Source: Eledone cirrhosa (lineage: Eukaryota). From it: a stretch of DNA of 64,000 nucleotides. The stretch lies in contig CAXHJY010000078.1 in NCBI GenBank assembly GCA_964016885.1, forward strand, positions 89,004-153,003, in the 5' to 3' direction. The position numbers and the translations under genes were made by a program. Below, one piece after another: positions 21,001 to 35,856 of this stretch (positions within the stretch are counted from its first letter, which is position 1; each line of letters opens with the position of its first letter). The notes beneath the pieces were generated by a model. That model did no database searches, was not told the DNA's origin, and saw nothing but the letters and a program-made list of their open reading frames with translations.

Positions 21001-23372
21001 CCAACACCAACAAACACCTACACCAACACACACCAACACCAAGACACACCAACACCAACACACACCAACACACACCAACAAACACCAACACACACCAACA
21101 CCAACACACACCAACACACCAACAAACACCAACAAACACCAACACACACCAACACACACCAACACACACCAACACACACCAACACACACTAACACCAACA
21201 CTGACCAACACCAACACTGACCAACACCAACACACACCAACACACGCCAACACCAACACGCACCAACACCAACACGCACCAACACCAACAAACACCAACA
21301 CCAACAAACACCAACACCAACAAACACCAACACCAACAAACACCAACACACACCAACACCGACAAACACCAACACCAACCAACACCAACAAACACCAACA
21401 CTAACAAACACCAACACCCACACACACCAACACCAACATACACCAACACCAACACACACCAACACCAACAAACACCAACACACACCAACACACACCAACA
21501 CCAACAAACACCAACACACACCAACACCAACACACACCAACACACGCCAACACCAACACGCACCAACACACGCCAACACCAACACGCACCAACACCAACA
21601 CGCACCAACACCAACAAACACCAACACCAACAAACACAAACACCAACAAACACCAACACCAACAAACACCAACACCAACAAACACCAACACGCACCAACA
21701 CCAACACGCACCAACACCAACAAACACCAACACCAACAAACACCAACACCAAAAAACACCAACACCAACAAACACCAACACCGACAAACACCAACACCAA
21801 CCAACACCAACAAACACCAACACTAACAAACACCAACACCCACACACACCAACACCAACATACACCAACACACACCAACACACACCAACACACACCAACA
21901 CCAACACACACCAACACCAACACACACCAACACCAACACACCAGCACCAACAAACACCAACACACATCAACAGCAACACACACCAACAGCAACACACACC
22001 AACAGCAACAAACACCAACACACACCAACACCAACAAACACCAACACCAACAAACACCAACACCAACACACACCAACACACACCAACACCGACATACACC
22101 AACACCAACATACACCAACACCAACACCAACACACACCAACACCAACACACACCAACACCAACAAACACCAACACCAACAAACACCAACACCAACAAACA
22201 CCAACACCAACAAACACCAACACCAACCAACACCAACAAACACCAACAAACACCAACACCAACACCAACCAACACCAACAAACACCAACACCAACAAACA
22301 CCAACAAACACCAACAAACACCAACACCAACCAACACAAACAAACACCAACACACACCAACACACACCAACACCAACACACACCAACACACACCAACACC
22401 AACAAACACCAACACCAACAAACACCAACAAACACCAACACCAACAAACACCAACAAACACCAATACACACCAACACACACCAACAACAACCAACACCAA
22501 CACACACCAACACACACCAACACACACTAACACCAACACACACCAACACCAACACACACCAACACCAACAAACACCAACACCAACACACACCAACACCAA
22601 CAAACACCAACACCAACAAACACCAACACCAACAAACACCAACACCAACAAACACCAACACCAACCAACACCAACAAACACCAACAAACACCAACACCAA
22701 CACCAACCAACACCAACAAACACCAACACCAACAAACACCAACAAACACCAACAAACACCAACACCAACCAACACAAACAAACACCAACACACACCAACA
22801 CACACCAACACCAACACACACCAACACACACCAACACCAACAAACACCAACACCAACAAACACCAACAAACACCAACACCAACAAACACCAACAAACACC
22901 AATACACACCAACACACACCAACAACAACCAACACCAACACACACCAACACACACTAACACCAACACACACCAACACCAACACACACCAACACCAACAAA
23001 CACCAACAGCAACACACAGCAACACCAACAAACACCAACACCAACAAACACCAACAAACACCAACACCAACAAACACCAACACCAACAAACACCAACAAA
23101 CACCAACACCAACAAACACCAACAAACACCAACACCAACAAACACCAACACACACCAACACCAACACACACCAACACACACCAACACCAACACACACCAA
23201 CACCAACACACACCAACACCAACAAACACCAACACACACCAACACCAACAAACACCAACACACACCAACACCAACACACACCAACACCAACACACACCAA
23301 CACCAACACCAACACACACCAACACCAACACACACCAACAAACACCAACAAACACCAACACACACCAACACC

Positions 23373-23408
<36 letters not shown>

Positions 23409-25912
23409 CCAACACACACCAACACCAACACACACCAACACCAACACACACCAACACCAACACACACCAACACCAACACACACCAACACCAACACACACC
23501 AACACCAACACACACCAACACCAACACACACCAACACCAACAAACACCAACACACACCAACACCAACACACACCAACACCAACACACACCAACACCAACA
23601 CACACCAACACACACCAACACCAACACACACCAACACACACCAACACCAACACCAACACCAACAAACACCAACACCAACAGACACCAACACCAACAAACA
23701 CCAACACCAACAAACTCCAACACACACCAACACCAACACACACCAACACCTACACCAACAAACACCAACATCAACAAACACCGACACCAACACACACCAA
23801 CACCAACAAACACCAACACCAACACCAACAAACACCAACACCAACAAACACCAACACCAACAAACACCAACACCAACAAACACCAACACACACCAACACC
23901 GACAAACACCAACACCAACCAACACCAACAAACACCAACACTAACAAACACCAACACCCACACACACCAACACCAACATACACCAACACCAACACACACC
24001 AACACCAACAAACACCAACACACACCAACACACACCAACACCAACAAACACCAACACACACCAACACCAACACACACCAACACACGCCAACACCAACACG
24101 CACCAACACACGCCAACACCAACACGCACCAACACCAACACGCACCAACACCAACAAACACCAACACCAACAAACACAAACACCAACAAACACCAACACC
24201 AACAAACACCAACACCAACAAACACCAACACGCACCAACACCAACACGCACCAACACCAACACGCACCAACACCAACAAACACCAACACCAACAAACACC
24301 AACACCAAAAAACACCAACACCAACAAACACCAACACCGACAAACACCAACACCAACCAACACCAACAAACACCAACACTAACAAACACCAACACCCACA
24401 CACACCAACACCAACATACACCAACACACACCAACACACACCAACACCAACACACACCAACACCAACACACACCAACACCAACACACCAGCACCAACAAA
24501 CACCAACACACATCAACAGCAACACACACCAACAGCAACACACACCAACAGCAACAAACACCAACACACACCAACACCAACAAACACCAACACCAACAAA
24601 CACCAACACCAACACACACCAACACACACCAACACCGACATACACCAACACCAACATACACCAACACCAACACCAACACACACCAACACCAACACACACC
24701 AACACCAACAAACACCAACACCAACAAACACCAACACCAACAAACACCAACACCAACAAACACCAACACCAACCAACACCAACAAACACCAACAAACACC
24801 AACACCAACACCAACCAACACCAACAAACACCAACACCAACAAACACCAACAAACACCAACAAACACCAACACCAACCAACACAAACAAACACCAACACA
24901 CACCAACACACACCAACACCAACACACACCAACACACACCAACACCAACAAACACCAACACCAACAAACACCAACAAACACCAACACCAACAAACACCAA
25001 CAAACACCAATACACACCAACACACACCAACAACAACCAACACCAACACACACCAACACACACCAACACACACTAACACCAACACACACCAACACCAACA
25101 CACACCAACACCAACAAACACCAACACCAACACACACCAACACCAACAAACACCAACACCAACAAACACCAACACCAACAAACACCAACACCAACAAACA
25201 CCAACACCAACCAACACCAACAAACACCAACAAACACCAACACCAACACCAACCAACACCAACAAACACCAACACCAACAAACACCAACAAACACCAACA
25301 AACACCAACACCAACCAACACAAACAAACACCAACACACACCAACACACACCAACACCAACACACACCAACACACACCAACACCAACAAACACCAACACC
25401 AACAAACACCAACAAACACCAACACCAACAAACACCAACAAACACCAATACACACCAACACACACCAACAACAACCAACACCAACACACACCAACACACA
25501 CTAACACCAACACACACCAACACCAACACACACCAACACCAACAAACACCAACAGCAACACACAGCAACACCAACAAACACCAACACCAACAAACACCAA
25601 CAAACACCAACACCAACAAACACCAACACCAACAAACACCAACAAACACCAACACCAACAAACACCAACAAACACCAACACCAACAAACACCAACACACA
25701 CCAACACCAACACACACCAACACACACCAACACCAACACACACCAACACCAACAAACACCAACACACACCAACACCAACAAACACCAACACACACCAACA
25801 CCAACACACACCAACACCAACACACACCAACACCAACACACACCAACACCAACACACACCAACACCAACACACACCAACAAACACCAACAAACACCAACA
25901 CACACCAACACC

Positions 25913-25948
<36 letters not shown>

Positions 25949-28900
25949 CCAACACACACCAACACCAACACACACCAACACCAACACACACCAACACCAA
26001 CACACACCAACACCAACACACACCAACACCAACACACACCAACACCAACACACACCAACACCAACACACACCAACACCAACACACACCAACACCAACAAA
26101 CACCAACACACACCAACACCAACACACACCAACACCAACACACACCAACACCAACACACACCAACACACACCAACACCAACACACACCAACACACACCAA
26201 CACCAACACCAACACCAACAAACACCAACACCAACAGACACCAACACCAACAAACACCAACACCAACAAACTCCAACACACACCAACACCAACACACACC
26301 AACACCTACACCAACAAACACCAACATCAACAAACACCGACACCAACACACACCAACACCAACAAACACCAACACCAACACCAACAAACACCAACACACA
26401 CCTACACCAACACACGCCAACACCAACACACGCCAACACCAACATACACCAACACACTCCAACACCAACACACACCAACACACACCAACAAACACCAACA
26501 CCAACAAACACCAACACACACCAACACCAACACACGCCAACACCAACACACGCCAACACCAACACACGCCAACACCAACACACGCCAACACCAACACACA
26601 CCAACACCAACAAACACCAACACCAACACACACCAACACACGCCAACAACAACACAAACCAACACCAACAAACACCAACAACTACACACGCCAACACCAA
26701 CAAACACCAACACCAACAAACACCAACACCAACAAACACCAACAAACACCAACACCAACATACACTAACACCAACAAACACCAACACCAACACACACACC
26801 AACCCCAACAAACACCAAAACCAACAAACACCAAAACCAACAAACACCAACACCAACACACACCAACACCAACACACACCAACACACACCAACACCAACA
26901 CACACCAACACCAACACCAACACACACCAACACCAACAAACACCAAGACCAACAAACGCCAACACACCAACACCAACACACACCAACACACACCAACAAA
27001 CACCAACACCAACACACACCAACACCTACAAACACCAACACCAACAAACACCAACACCAACAAACACCAACACCAACAAACACCAACAAACACCAACACA
27101 CACCAACACACACCAACACCAACACAGACCAACACCAACACACACCAGCACCAACACACACCAACACCAACAAACACCAACACACACCAACAGCAACAAA
27201 CACCAACACACACCAACAGCAATAAACACCAACAAACACCAACACCAACAAACACCAACACCAACAAACACCAACACACACCAACACACGCCAACACCAA
27301 CACACGCCAACACCAACACACGCCAACACCAACACACACCAACACCAACAAACACCAACACCAACAAACACCAACACCAACACACACCAACACCAACACA
27401 CACCAACACCAACACACACCAACGCCAACACACACCAACACCAACACACACCAACACCAACAAACACCAACACACACCAACACACACCAACACCAACACC
27501 AACACCAACAAACACCAACACGCACCAACACCAACAAACACCAACAGCAACAAACACCAACACCAACAAACACCAACACCAACAAACACCAACACACACC
27601 AACACCAAGACACACCAACACCAACACACACCAACACCAACACACACCAACAAACACCAACACACACCAACACCAACACACACCAACACACCAACAAACA
27701 CCAACAAACACCAACACACACCAACACACACCAACACACACCAACACACACTAACACCAACACTGACCAACACCAACACTGACCAACACCAACACACACC
27801 AACACCAACAAACACCAACACACACCAACACCAACACACACCAACACCAACACACACCAACACCAACAAACACCAACACCAACAAACACCAACACCAACA
27901 AACACCAACACACACCAACAAACACCAACACCAACAAACACCAACACACACCAACACACACCAACACCAACACACACCAACACACACCAACACCAACAAA
28001 CACCAACACACACCAACACACACCAACACACACCAACACCAACAAACACCAACACCAACAAACACCAACACCAACAAACACCAACAAACACCAACAAACA
28101 CCAACAAACACCAACACAAACACCAACACACACCAACACCAACACACACCAACACCAACACACACCAACACCAACACACACCAACACCAACACACACCAA
28201 CACCAACAAACACCAACACCAACAAACACCAACACCAACACACACCAACACCAACACACACCAACACCAACACACACCAACACACACCAACACCAACACA
28301 CACCAACACCAACAAACACCAACACCAACACACACCAACACACACCAACACCAACAAACACCAACACCAACAAACACCTACACCAACACACACCAACACC
28401 AAGACACACCAACACCAACACACACCAACACACACCAACAAACACCAACACACACCAACACCAACACACACCAACACACCAACAAACACCAACAAACACC
28501 AACACACACCAACACACACCAACACACACCAACACACACCAACACACACTAACACCAACACTGACCAACACCAACACTGACCAACACCAACACACACCAA
28601 CACACGCCAACACCAACACGCACCAACACCAACACGCACCAACACCAACAAACACCAACACCAACAAACACCAACACCAACAAACACCAACACCAACAAA
28701 CACCAACACACACCAACACCGACAAACACCAACACCAACCAACACCAACAAACACCAACACTAACAAACACCAACACCCACACACACCAACACCAACATA
28801 CACCAACACCAACACACACCAACACCAACAAACACCAACACACACCAACACACACCAACACCAACAAACACCAACACACACCAACACCAACACACACCAA

Positions 28901-30294
28901 CACACGCCAACACCAACACGCACCAACACACGCCAACACCAACACGCACCAACACCAACACGCACCAACACCAACAAACACCAACACCAACAAACACAAA
29001 CACCAACAAACAGCAACACCAACAAACACCAACACCAACAAACACCAACACGCACCAACACCAACACGCACCAACACCAACAAACACCAACACCAACAAA
29101 CACCAACACCAAAAAACACCAACACCAACAAACACCAACACCGACAAACACCAACACCAACCAACACCAACAAACACCAACACTAACAAACACCAACACC
29201 CACACACACCAACACCAACATACACCAACACACACCAACACACACCAACACCAACACACACCAACACCAACACACACCAACACCAACACACCAGCACCAA
29301 CAAACACCAACACACATCAACAGCAACACACACCAACAGCAACACACACCAACAGCAACAAACACCAACACACACCAACACCAACAAACACCAACACCAA
29401 CAAACACCAACACCAACACACACCAACACACACCAACACCGACATACACCAACACCAACATACACCAACACCAACACCAACACACACCAACACCAACACA
29501 CACCAACACCAACAAACACCAACACCAACAAACACCAACACCAACAAACACCAACACCAACAAACACCAACACCAACCAACACCAACAAACACCAACAAA
29601 CACCAACACCAACACCAACCAACACCAACAAACACCAACACCAACAAACACCAACAAACACCAACAAACACCAACACCAACCAACACAAACAAACACCAA
29701 CACACACCAACACACACCAACACCAACACACACCAACACACACCAACACCAACAAACACCAACACCAACAAACACCAACAAACACCAACACCAACAAACA
29801 CCAACAAACACCAATACACACCAACACACACCAACAACAACCAACACCAACACACACCAACACACACTAACACCAACACACACCAACACCAACACACACC
29901 AACACCAACAAACACCAACACCAACACACAGCAACACCAACAAACACCAACACCAACAAACACCAACAAACACCAACACCAACAAACACCAACACCAACA
30001 AACACCAACAAACACCAACACCAACAAACACCAACAAACACCAACACCAACAAACACCAACACACACCAACACCAACACACACCAACACACACCAACACC
30101 AACACACACCAACACCAACAAACACCAACACACACCAACACCAACAAACACCAACACACACCAACACCAACACACACCAACACCAACACACACCAACACC
30201 AACACACACCAACACCAACACACACCAACACCAACACACACCAACACCAACACACACCAACAAACACCAACAAACACCAACACACACCAACACC

Positions 30295-30332
<38 letters not shown>

Positions 30333-33315
30333 CCAACACACACCAACACCAACACACACCAACACCAACACACACCAACACCAACACACACCAACACCAA
30401 CACACACCAACACCAACACACACCAACACCAACACACACCAACACCAACAAACACCAACACACACCAACACCAACACACACCAACACCAACACACACCAA
30501 CACCAACACACACCAACACCAACACACACCAACACACACCAACACCAACACCAACACCAACAAACACCAACACCAACAGACACCAACACCAACAAACACC
30601 AACACCAACAAACTCCAACACACACCAACACCAACACACACCAACACCTACACCAACAAACACCAACATCAACAAACACCGACACCAACACACACCAACA
30701 CCAACAAACACCAACACCAACACCAACAAACACCAACACACACCTACACCAACACACGCCAACACCAACACACGCCAACACCAACATACACCAACACACT
30801 CCAACACCAACACACACCAACACCAACACACACCAACAAACACCAACACCAACAAACACCAACACACACCAACACCAACACACGCCAACACCAACACACG
30901 CCAACACCAACACACGCCAACACCAACACACGCCAACACCAACACACACCAACACCAACAAACACCAACACCAACACACACCAACACACGCCAACAACAA
31001 CACAAACCAACACCAACAACTACACACGCCAACACCAACAAACACCAACACCAACAAACACCAACAAACACCAACACCAACATACACTAACACCAACAAA
31101 CACCAACACCAACACACACACCAACCCCAACAAACACCAAAACCAACAAACACCAAAACCAACAAACACCAACACCAACACACACCAACACCAACACACA
31201 CCAACACACACCAACACCAACACACACCAACACCAACACACACCAACACCAACAAACACCAAGACCAACAAACGCCAACACACCAACACCAACACACACC
31301 AACACACACCAACAAACACCAACACCAACACACACCAACACCTACAAACACCAACACCAACAAACACCAACACCAACAAACACCAACACCAACAAACACC
31401 AACAAACACCAACACACACCAACACACACCAACACCAACACAGACCAACACCAACACACACCAGCACCAACACACACCAACACCAACAAACACCAACACA
31501 CACCAACAGCAACAAACACCAACACACACCAACAGCAATAAACACCAACAAACACCAACACCAACAAACACCAACACCAACAAACACCAACACACACCAA
31601 CACACGCCAACACCAACACACGCCAACACCAACACACGCCAACACCAACACACACCAACACCAACAAACACCAACACCAACAAACACCAACACCAACACA
31701 CACCAACACCAACACACACCAACACCAACACACACCAACGCCAACACACACCAACACCAACACACACCAACACCAACAAACACCAACACACACCAACACA
31801 CACCAACACCAACACCAACACCAACAAACACCAACACGCACCAACACCAACAAACACCAACAGCAACAAACACCAACACCAACAAACACCAACACCAACA
31901 AACACCAACACACACCAACACCAAGACACACCAACACCAACACACACCAACACCAACACACACCAACAAACACCAACACACACCAACACCAACACACACC
32001 AACACACCAACAAACACCAACACACACCAACAAACACCAACACACACCAACACACACCAACACACACCAACACACACTAACACCAACACTGACCAACACC
32101 AACACACACCAACACCAACAAACACCAACACACACCAACACCAACACACACCAACACCAACACACACCAACACCAACAAACACCAACACCAACAAACACC
32201 AACACCAACAAACACCAACACACACCAACAAACACCAACACCAACAAACACCAACACACACCAACACCAACACACGCCAACACCAACACACGCCAACAAA
32301 CACCAACACCAACAAACACCAACACACACTAACAAACACCAACACACACCAACACCAACAAACACCAACACCAACAAACACCAACACCAACACACACCAA
32401 CACCAACACACTCCAACACCAACATACACTAACACCAACAAACACTAACACCAACACACACCAACACCAACACACGCCAACACCAACACACGCCAACAAA
32501 CACCAACACCAACAAACACCGACACCAACAAACACCGACACGAACAAACACCAACACACACCAACACCAACACACACCAACACCAACACACACCAACACA
32601 CACCAACACCAACAAACACCAACACCAACACACACCAACACCAACAAACACCAACACCAACACACACCAACACACACCAACACCAACACACACCAACACA
32701 CACCAACACCAACACACACCAACACCAACAAACACCAACACCAACACACACCAACACCAACAAACACCAACACCAACACACACCAACACCAACAAACACC
32801 AACACACACCAACACCAACAAACACCAACACACACCAACACACGCCAACACCAACACACACCAACACCAACAAACACCAACACCAACACACACCCACACC
32901 AACAAACACCAACACCAACAAACACCAACAAACACCAACACCAACAAACACCAACACCAACACCAACAAACACCAACACCAACAAACACCAACACACACC
33001 AACACCAACAAACACCAACACCAACACACACCCACACCAACAAACACCAACACCAACACCAACAAACACCAACACCAACACACACCCACACCAACACACA
33101 CCAACACCAACAAACACCAACAAACACCAACACCAACACACACCCACACCAACAAACACCAACACCAACAAACACCCACACCAACAAACACCAACACCAA
33201 CAAACACCAACACCAACACACACCCACACCAACACACACCAACACCAACAAACACCAACACCAACAAACACCAACACCAACACACACCAACACCAACAAA
33301 CACCAAAACCACCAA
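1..33315. repeat. Large CA-rich satellite built from 6-bp CCAACA and 10-bp CCAACACACA/CCAACAAACA modules, with higher-order repeats
   Basis: Seen directly. The + strand is almost all C/A, and the dominant 16-bp unit is CCAACA+CCAACA(C/A)ACA. The array runs off the left edge and ends abruptly at ...caccaaaaccaccaacctaa (~33320). Confidence 0.98.
9787..18060. repeat. About 4.1-kb tandem higher-order duplication within the satellite
   Basis: Identical ORF-track entries recur at a 4121-bp offset (10046-10639/14167-14760; 10817-11092/14938-15213; 11219-11788/15340-15909; 11512-12801/15633-16922). The offset then becomes 4137 (13386/17523; 13526/17663). Boundaries are approximate. Confidence 0.9.
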
Positions 33316-33508
33316 CCTAATTGAAATAGTTATATAGTTGACAATCAGTATATCATCATCGTCATCAGTACGATCTGAGTTTCTGTTGGTAAATTGTGCG
33401 TGACTCTTTAAAATAGACGACGGCTGAAGAACGGAGAATTGTGGTCAACAGATGTGACGATGGTGGGAACACCAGCTTGTTGCTTGGCTCACTATTGTCT
33501 GTGTGTGT

Positions 33509-33560
<52 letters not shown>

Positions 33561-33562
<2 letters not shown>

Positions 33563-33754
33563 CGAAGGAAGTGTGGTAAGGAACCAGGTGGACCATAACG
33601 CACCCGAGTACACGATACTTTGGGTGGTAGAGTGGGTAATAGGAAAAGAGTCAGGACCCCGACGGCAGAACTCAAGCCGTTTTGACAGCTATTTCTGAAC
33701 TGAAATAGCTGTCGAAACGGGTTGAGCTCTGCCGTCAGGGTTCTGACTATTGTC
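33561..33754 (-). mobile_element. Short hairpin-plus-tail element, family A, inserted in (TA)n
   Basis: Tail aacgaaggaagtgtggtaaggaaccaggtggaccataacg... is followed by an inverted repeat centred on gacagctatttc-tgaact-gaaatagctgtc. Homologous to copies at 33769, 35599, 45314 and 52270. Confidence 0.85.
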
Positions 33755-33768
33755 ATATATATATATAT

Positions 33769-33926
33769 AGCAGCGAGTAGGACCCCGACGGCTGAGCTCA
33801 AGCCGTTTCGACGGCTTGAGTTCAGCCGTCGGGGTCCTACTCGTTCCTATTACCCACTCTACTACGCTAAGTATTGAGTACTTTGGTGCGTTATGGTCCA
33901 CCTGGTTCATTACCACATTTCCTTCG

Positions 33927-33928
<2 letters not shown>
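33769..33928 (+). mobile_element. Family A hairpin-plus-tail element, opposite orientation to the preceding copy
   Basis: Hairpin gagtaggaccccgacggctgagctcaagccgt-ttcg-acggcttgagttcagccgtcggggtcctactc, then the tail ending ...taccacatttccttcgtt(at)n. Confidence 0.85.
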
Positions 33929-33954
<26 letters not shown>

Positions 33955-33963
<9 letters not shown>

Positions 33964-34527
33964 TAAAAAAATAATGAATAAAACAATGAAACAGTTCCTT
34001 ATATTAAACAAAAAAAGTTCATTATTTAACGATCGTTTCTAGGATATATATGTGTTAGAATTGGCATGCATATTCAACAGATCTATGTACAAAATTATAC
34101 AAAATTATACAAACTATCAAAATTAAATATACATACCAAACACATATATATGCCGTCTTCAGAAATATTATATTAGATTATTTCTGAAGACGGCATATAT
34201 ATGTGTTTGGTATGTATATTTAATTTTGATAGTTTTTTTATTTTTGTATAATTTTGTACATAGATCTGTTGAATATGCATGCCAATTCTAACACATATAT
34301 ATCCTAGAAACGATCGTTAAATAATGAACTTTTTTTGTTTAATATAAGGAACTGTTTCATTGTTTTATTCATTATTTTTTTAATATTTTATCTTGACTCT
34401 GTATTCCGTTTATCTTTCACCGAAAGTGATTTTTCATTGCATCTCTTCTTTCCATGATATCCGGATTATATTGAGTTCTTCATACGGATTGGACACTACC
34501 GTAAACTCTTGGTAGATTTATCTACAT
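33955..34527 (+). mobile_element. Fold-back element: ~213-bp inverted repeat plus ~135-bp unique tail; probable Penelope-like pLTR inversion product
   Basis: 33955-34167 is the near-perfect reverse complement of 34179-34391 (11-nt spacer, a few mismatches). Flanked by (TA)n on both sides. Confidence 0.85.
34177..34325 (+). ncRNA. Type I hammerhead-ribozyme-like motif with greatly extended stem II
   Basis: Stem I attattt/aaataat; core CTGAAGA 34184-34190; stem II gg-c-atatatatgtgtt ... aacacatatatat-cc; GAAA 34307-34310; palindromic stem III a-cgatcg-t; putative cleavage triplet GUU. A mirror copy lies on the minus strand at 34021-34167. Folded by eye. Confidence 0.6.
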
Positions 34528-34552
34528 AATATATATATATATATATATATAT

Positions 34553-34711
34553 AGGGTGCGGACGATATTTGTTCGCAATTTTTCAACTGCTAATTTTATG
34601 GAGTTTTTTTTTTACCTGTCTTCATAAAAACTGACTATATTTCCATCATTTAAAACTACTGTGTTATTGTCACCTAGACAGTAATCTTGCGAACAAATAT
34701 CGTCCGCACCT

Positions 34712-34713
<2 letters not shown>
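34553..34713. mobile_element. MITE with ~26-bp terminal inverted repeats (Tc1/mariner-like) in (TA)n
   Basis: agggtgcggacgatatttgttcgcaa ... ttgcgaacaaatatcgtccgcaccttg, with TA on both flanks and no coding capacity. Confidence 0.8.
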
Positions 34714-34780
<67 letters not shown>

Positions 34781-34782
<2 letters not shown>

Positions 34783-34968
34783 GTAAATATCTTTAAGTCG
34801 TTTGGAAGCCTCGACAATACAAATGGGTACACCCACTTACATCTCTCTCTCCACCACCGGACCTTGTTACCCGGAGATTTACCCATTTGCATTGTCGAGG
34901 CTTCCAAACGACTTAAATATCTTTACCTATTATTCCACAATGCTTCAAGCAAACTTCAATACTCTCTT
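34781..34968 (+). mobile_element. Short fold-back element (~49-bp inverted repeat, ~50-nt loop, ~40-nt tail) in (TA)n
   Basis: ggtaaatatctttaagtcgtttggaagcctcgacaatacaaatgggta pairs with tacccatttgcattgtcgaggcttccaaacgacttaaatatctttacc. Confidence 0.7.
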
Positions 34969-34981
34969 ATATATATATATA

Positions 34982-35135
34982 TGAGTCGGGACCCGACGGC
35001 TGAGCTCTTGCCGTCTCAACATGTGTGTGTTGTTGGCGGGCGAGATAAAAGTGTACTCAATACCGAAGTAGAGTTTAATTACTCCTTTATTATAGCTAAG
35101 TAGTGGAGTTTCACCTACACACGCAGGTTCATCAT
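34982..35135. mobile_element. Family A-related fragment joined to a different tail
   Basis: gagtcgggacccgacggctgagctcttgccgt matches the family A arm, and gtactcaatac...gtagagt resembles the family A tail. Flanked by (TA)n. Confidence 0.5.
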
Positions 35136-35176
35136 ATATATATATATAATATATATATATAATATATATATATATA

Positions 35177-35303
35177 TTGTTTCTCCTATTGGCACAAGGC
35201 CAGCAAATACCCAGTACATTACTGGTACTTTATTTTATCGACCCCGTAAGGATGAAAGGCAAAGTTAACCTCGGCGGGATTTGAACTCAGTCCGTAAAGG
35301 GAC
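35177..35303 (-). mobile_element. tRNA-derived SINE (Meta-domain-like), 5'-truncated
   Basis: The minus strand reads B box gagttcaaatcc, then cgccgaggttaactttgcctttcatccttacggggtcgataaaataaagtaccag and tail ggccttgtgcca. Matches five other copies in the window. Confidence 0.8.
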
Positions 35304-35351
35304 AATGTTATATTTATATGTGTGTATGTGTCTGTGTGTGTATATGTGTAT

Positions 35352-35352
<1 letters not shown>

Positions 35353-35441
<89 letters not shown>
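35353..35441. repeat. Pure (CA)n microsatellite
   Basis: Uninterrupted CA run seen directly. Confidence 0.97.
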
Positions 35442-35444
<3 letters not shown>

Positions 35445-35524
35445 TGCTCTTCGTAACAGGTGAAGCATCAACGTAATTATACCACTATCGAGTGAGAAAT
35501 TCCTTCCTCTCTCTCTGTCACATA

Positions 35525-35569
<45 letters not shown>

Positions 35570-35598
35570 CATATATAATATATATATATATATTATAT

Positions 35599-35712
35599 AG
35601 GGAGAGAGTCAGCCGTCGGGGTCCTGATTCTTTTCCTATTACCCACTCTACTACCCTAAATATCGAGTACTCTGGTGCGATATGGTCTACCTTGTACCTT
35701 ACCACACATTGT
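35599..35712 (+). mobile_element. Family A element, truncated copy
   Basis: agccgtcggggtcctgattcttttcctattacccactctactacc...tggtgcgatatggtctacc...ttaccacac, flanked by TA repeats. Confidence 0.75.
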
Positions 35713-35856
35713 TATATATATACGAACACACAGACACCCAATTGAGATGAAAGAGTTAAGAGTGTCTCGGACTGAAAAGGCCCCTTACGTCCTGGGGGAA
35801 GGCTGACATGATATCCACCAGTTACAACACTGATCTACAATACAGCTGATAGCCTG

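Noticed and set aside
1-33315. Very long V/C/W/G-rich and H/Q/T/P/N-rich ORFs (up to 1832 aa)
   Set aside because: A C/A-only repeat rarely contains stop codons, so all frames are open. There is no domain or compositional evidence of coding.
33315-33321. Single CCTAA at the satellite boundary as a telomere repeat
   Set aside because: One pentamer is expected by chance, and there is no TTAGG or TTAGGG array.
34781-34968. Hammerhead in this fold-back element
   Set aside because: No CUGANGA/GAAA pair with compatible stems was found on either strand.
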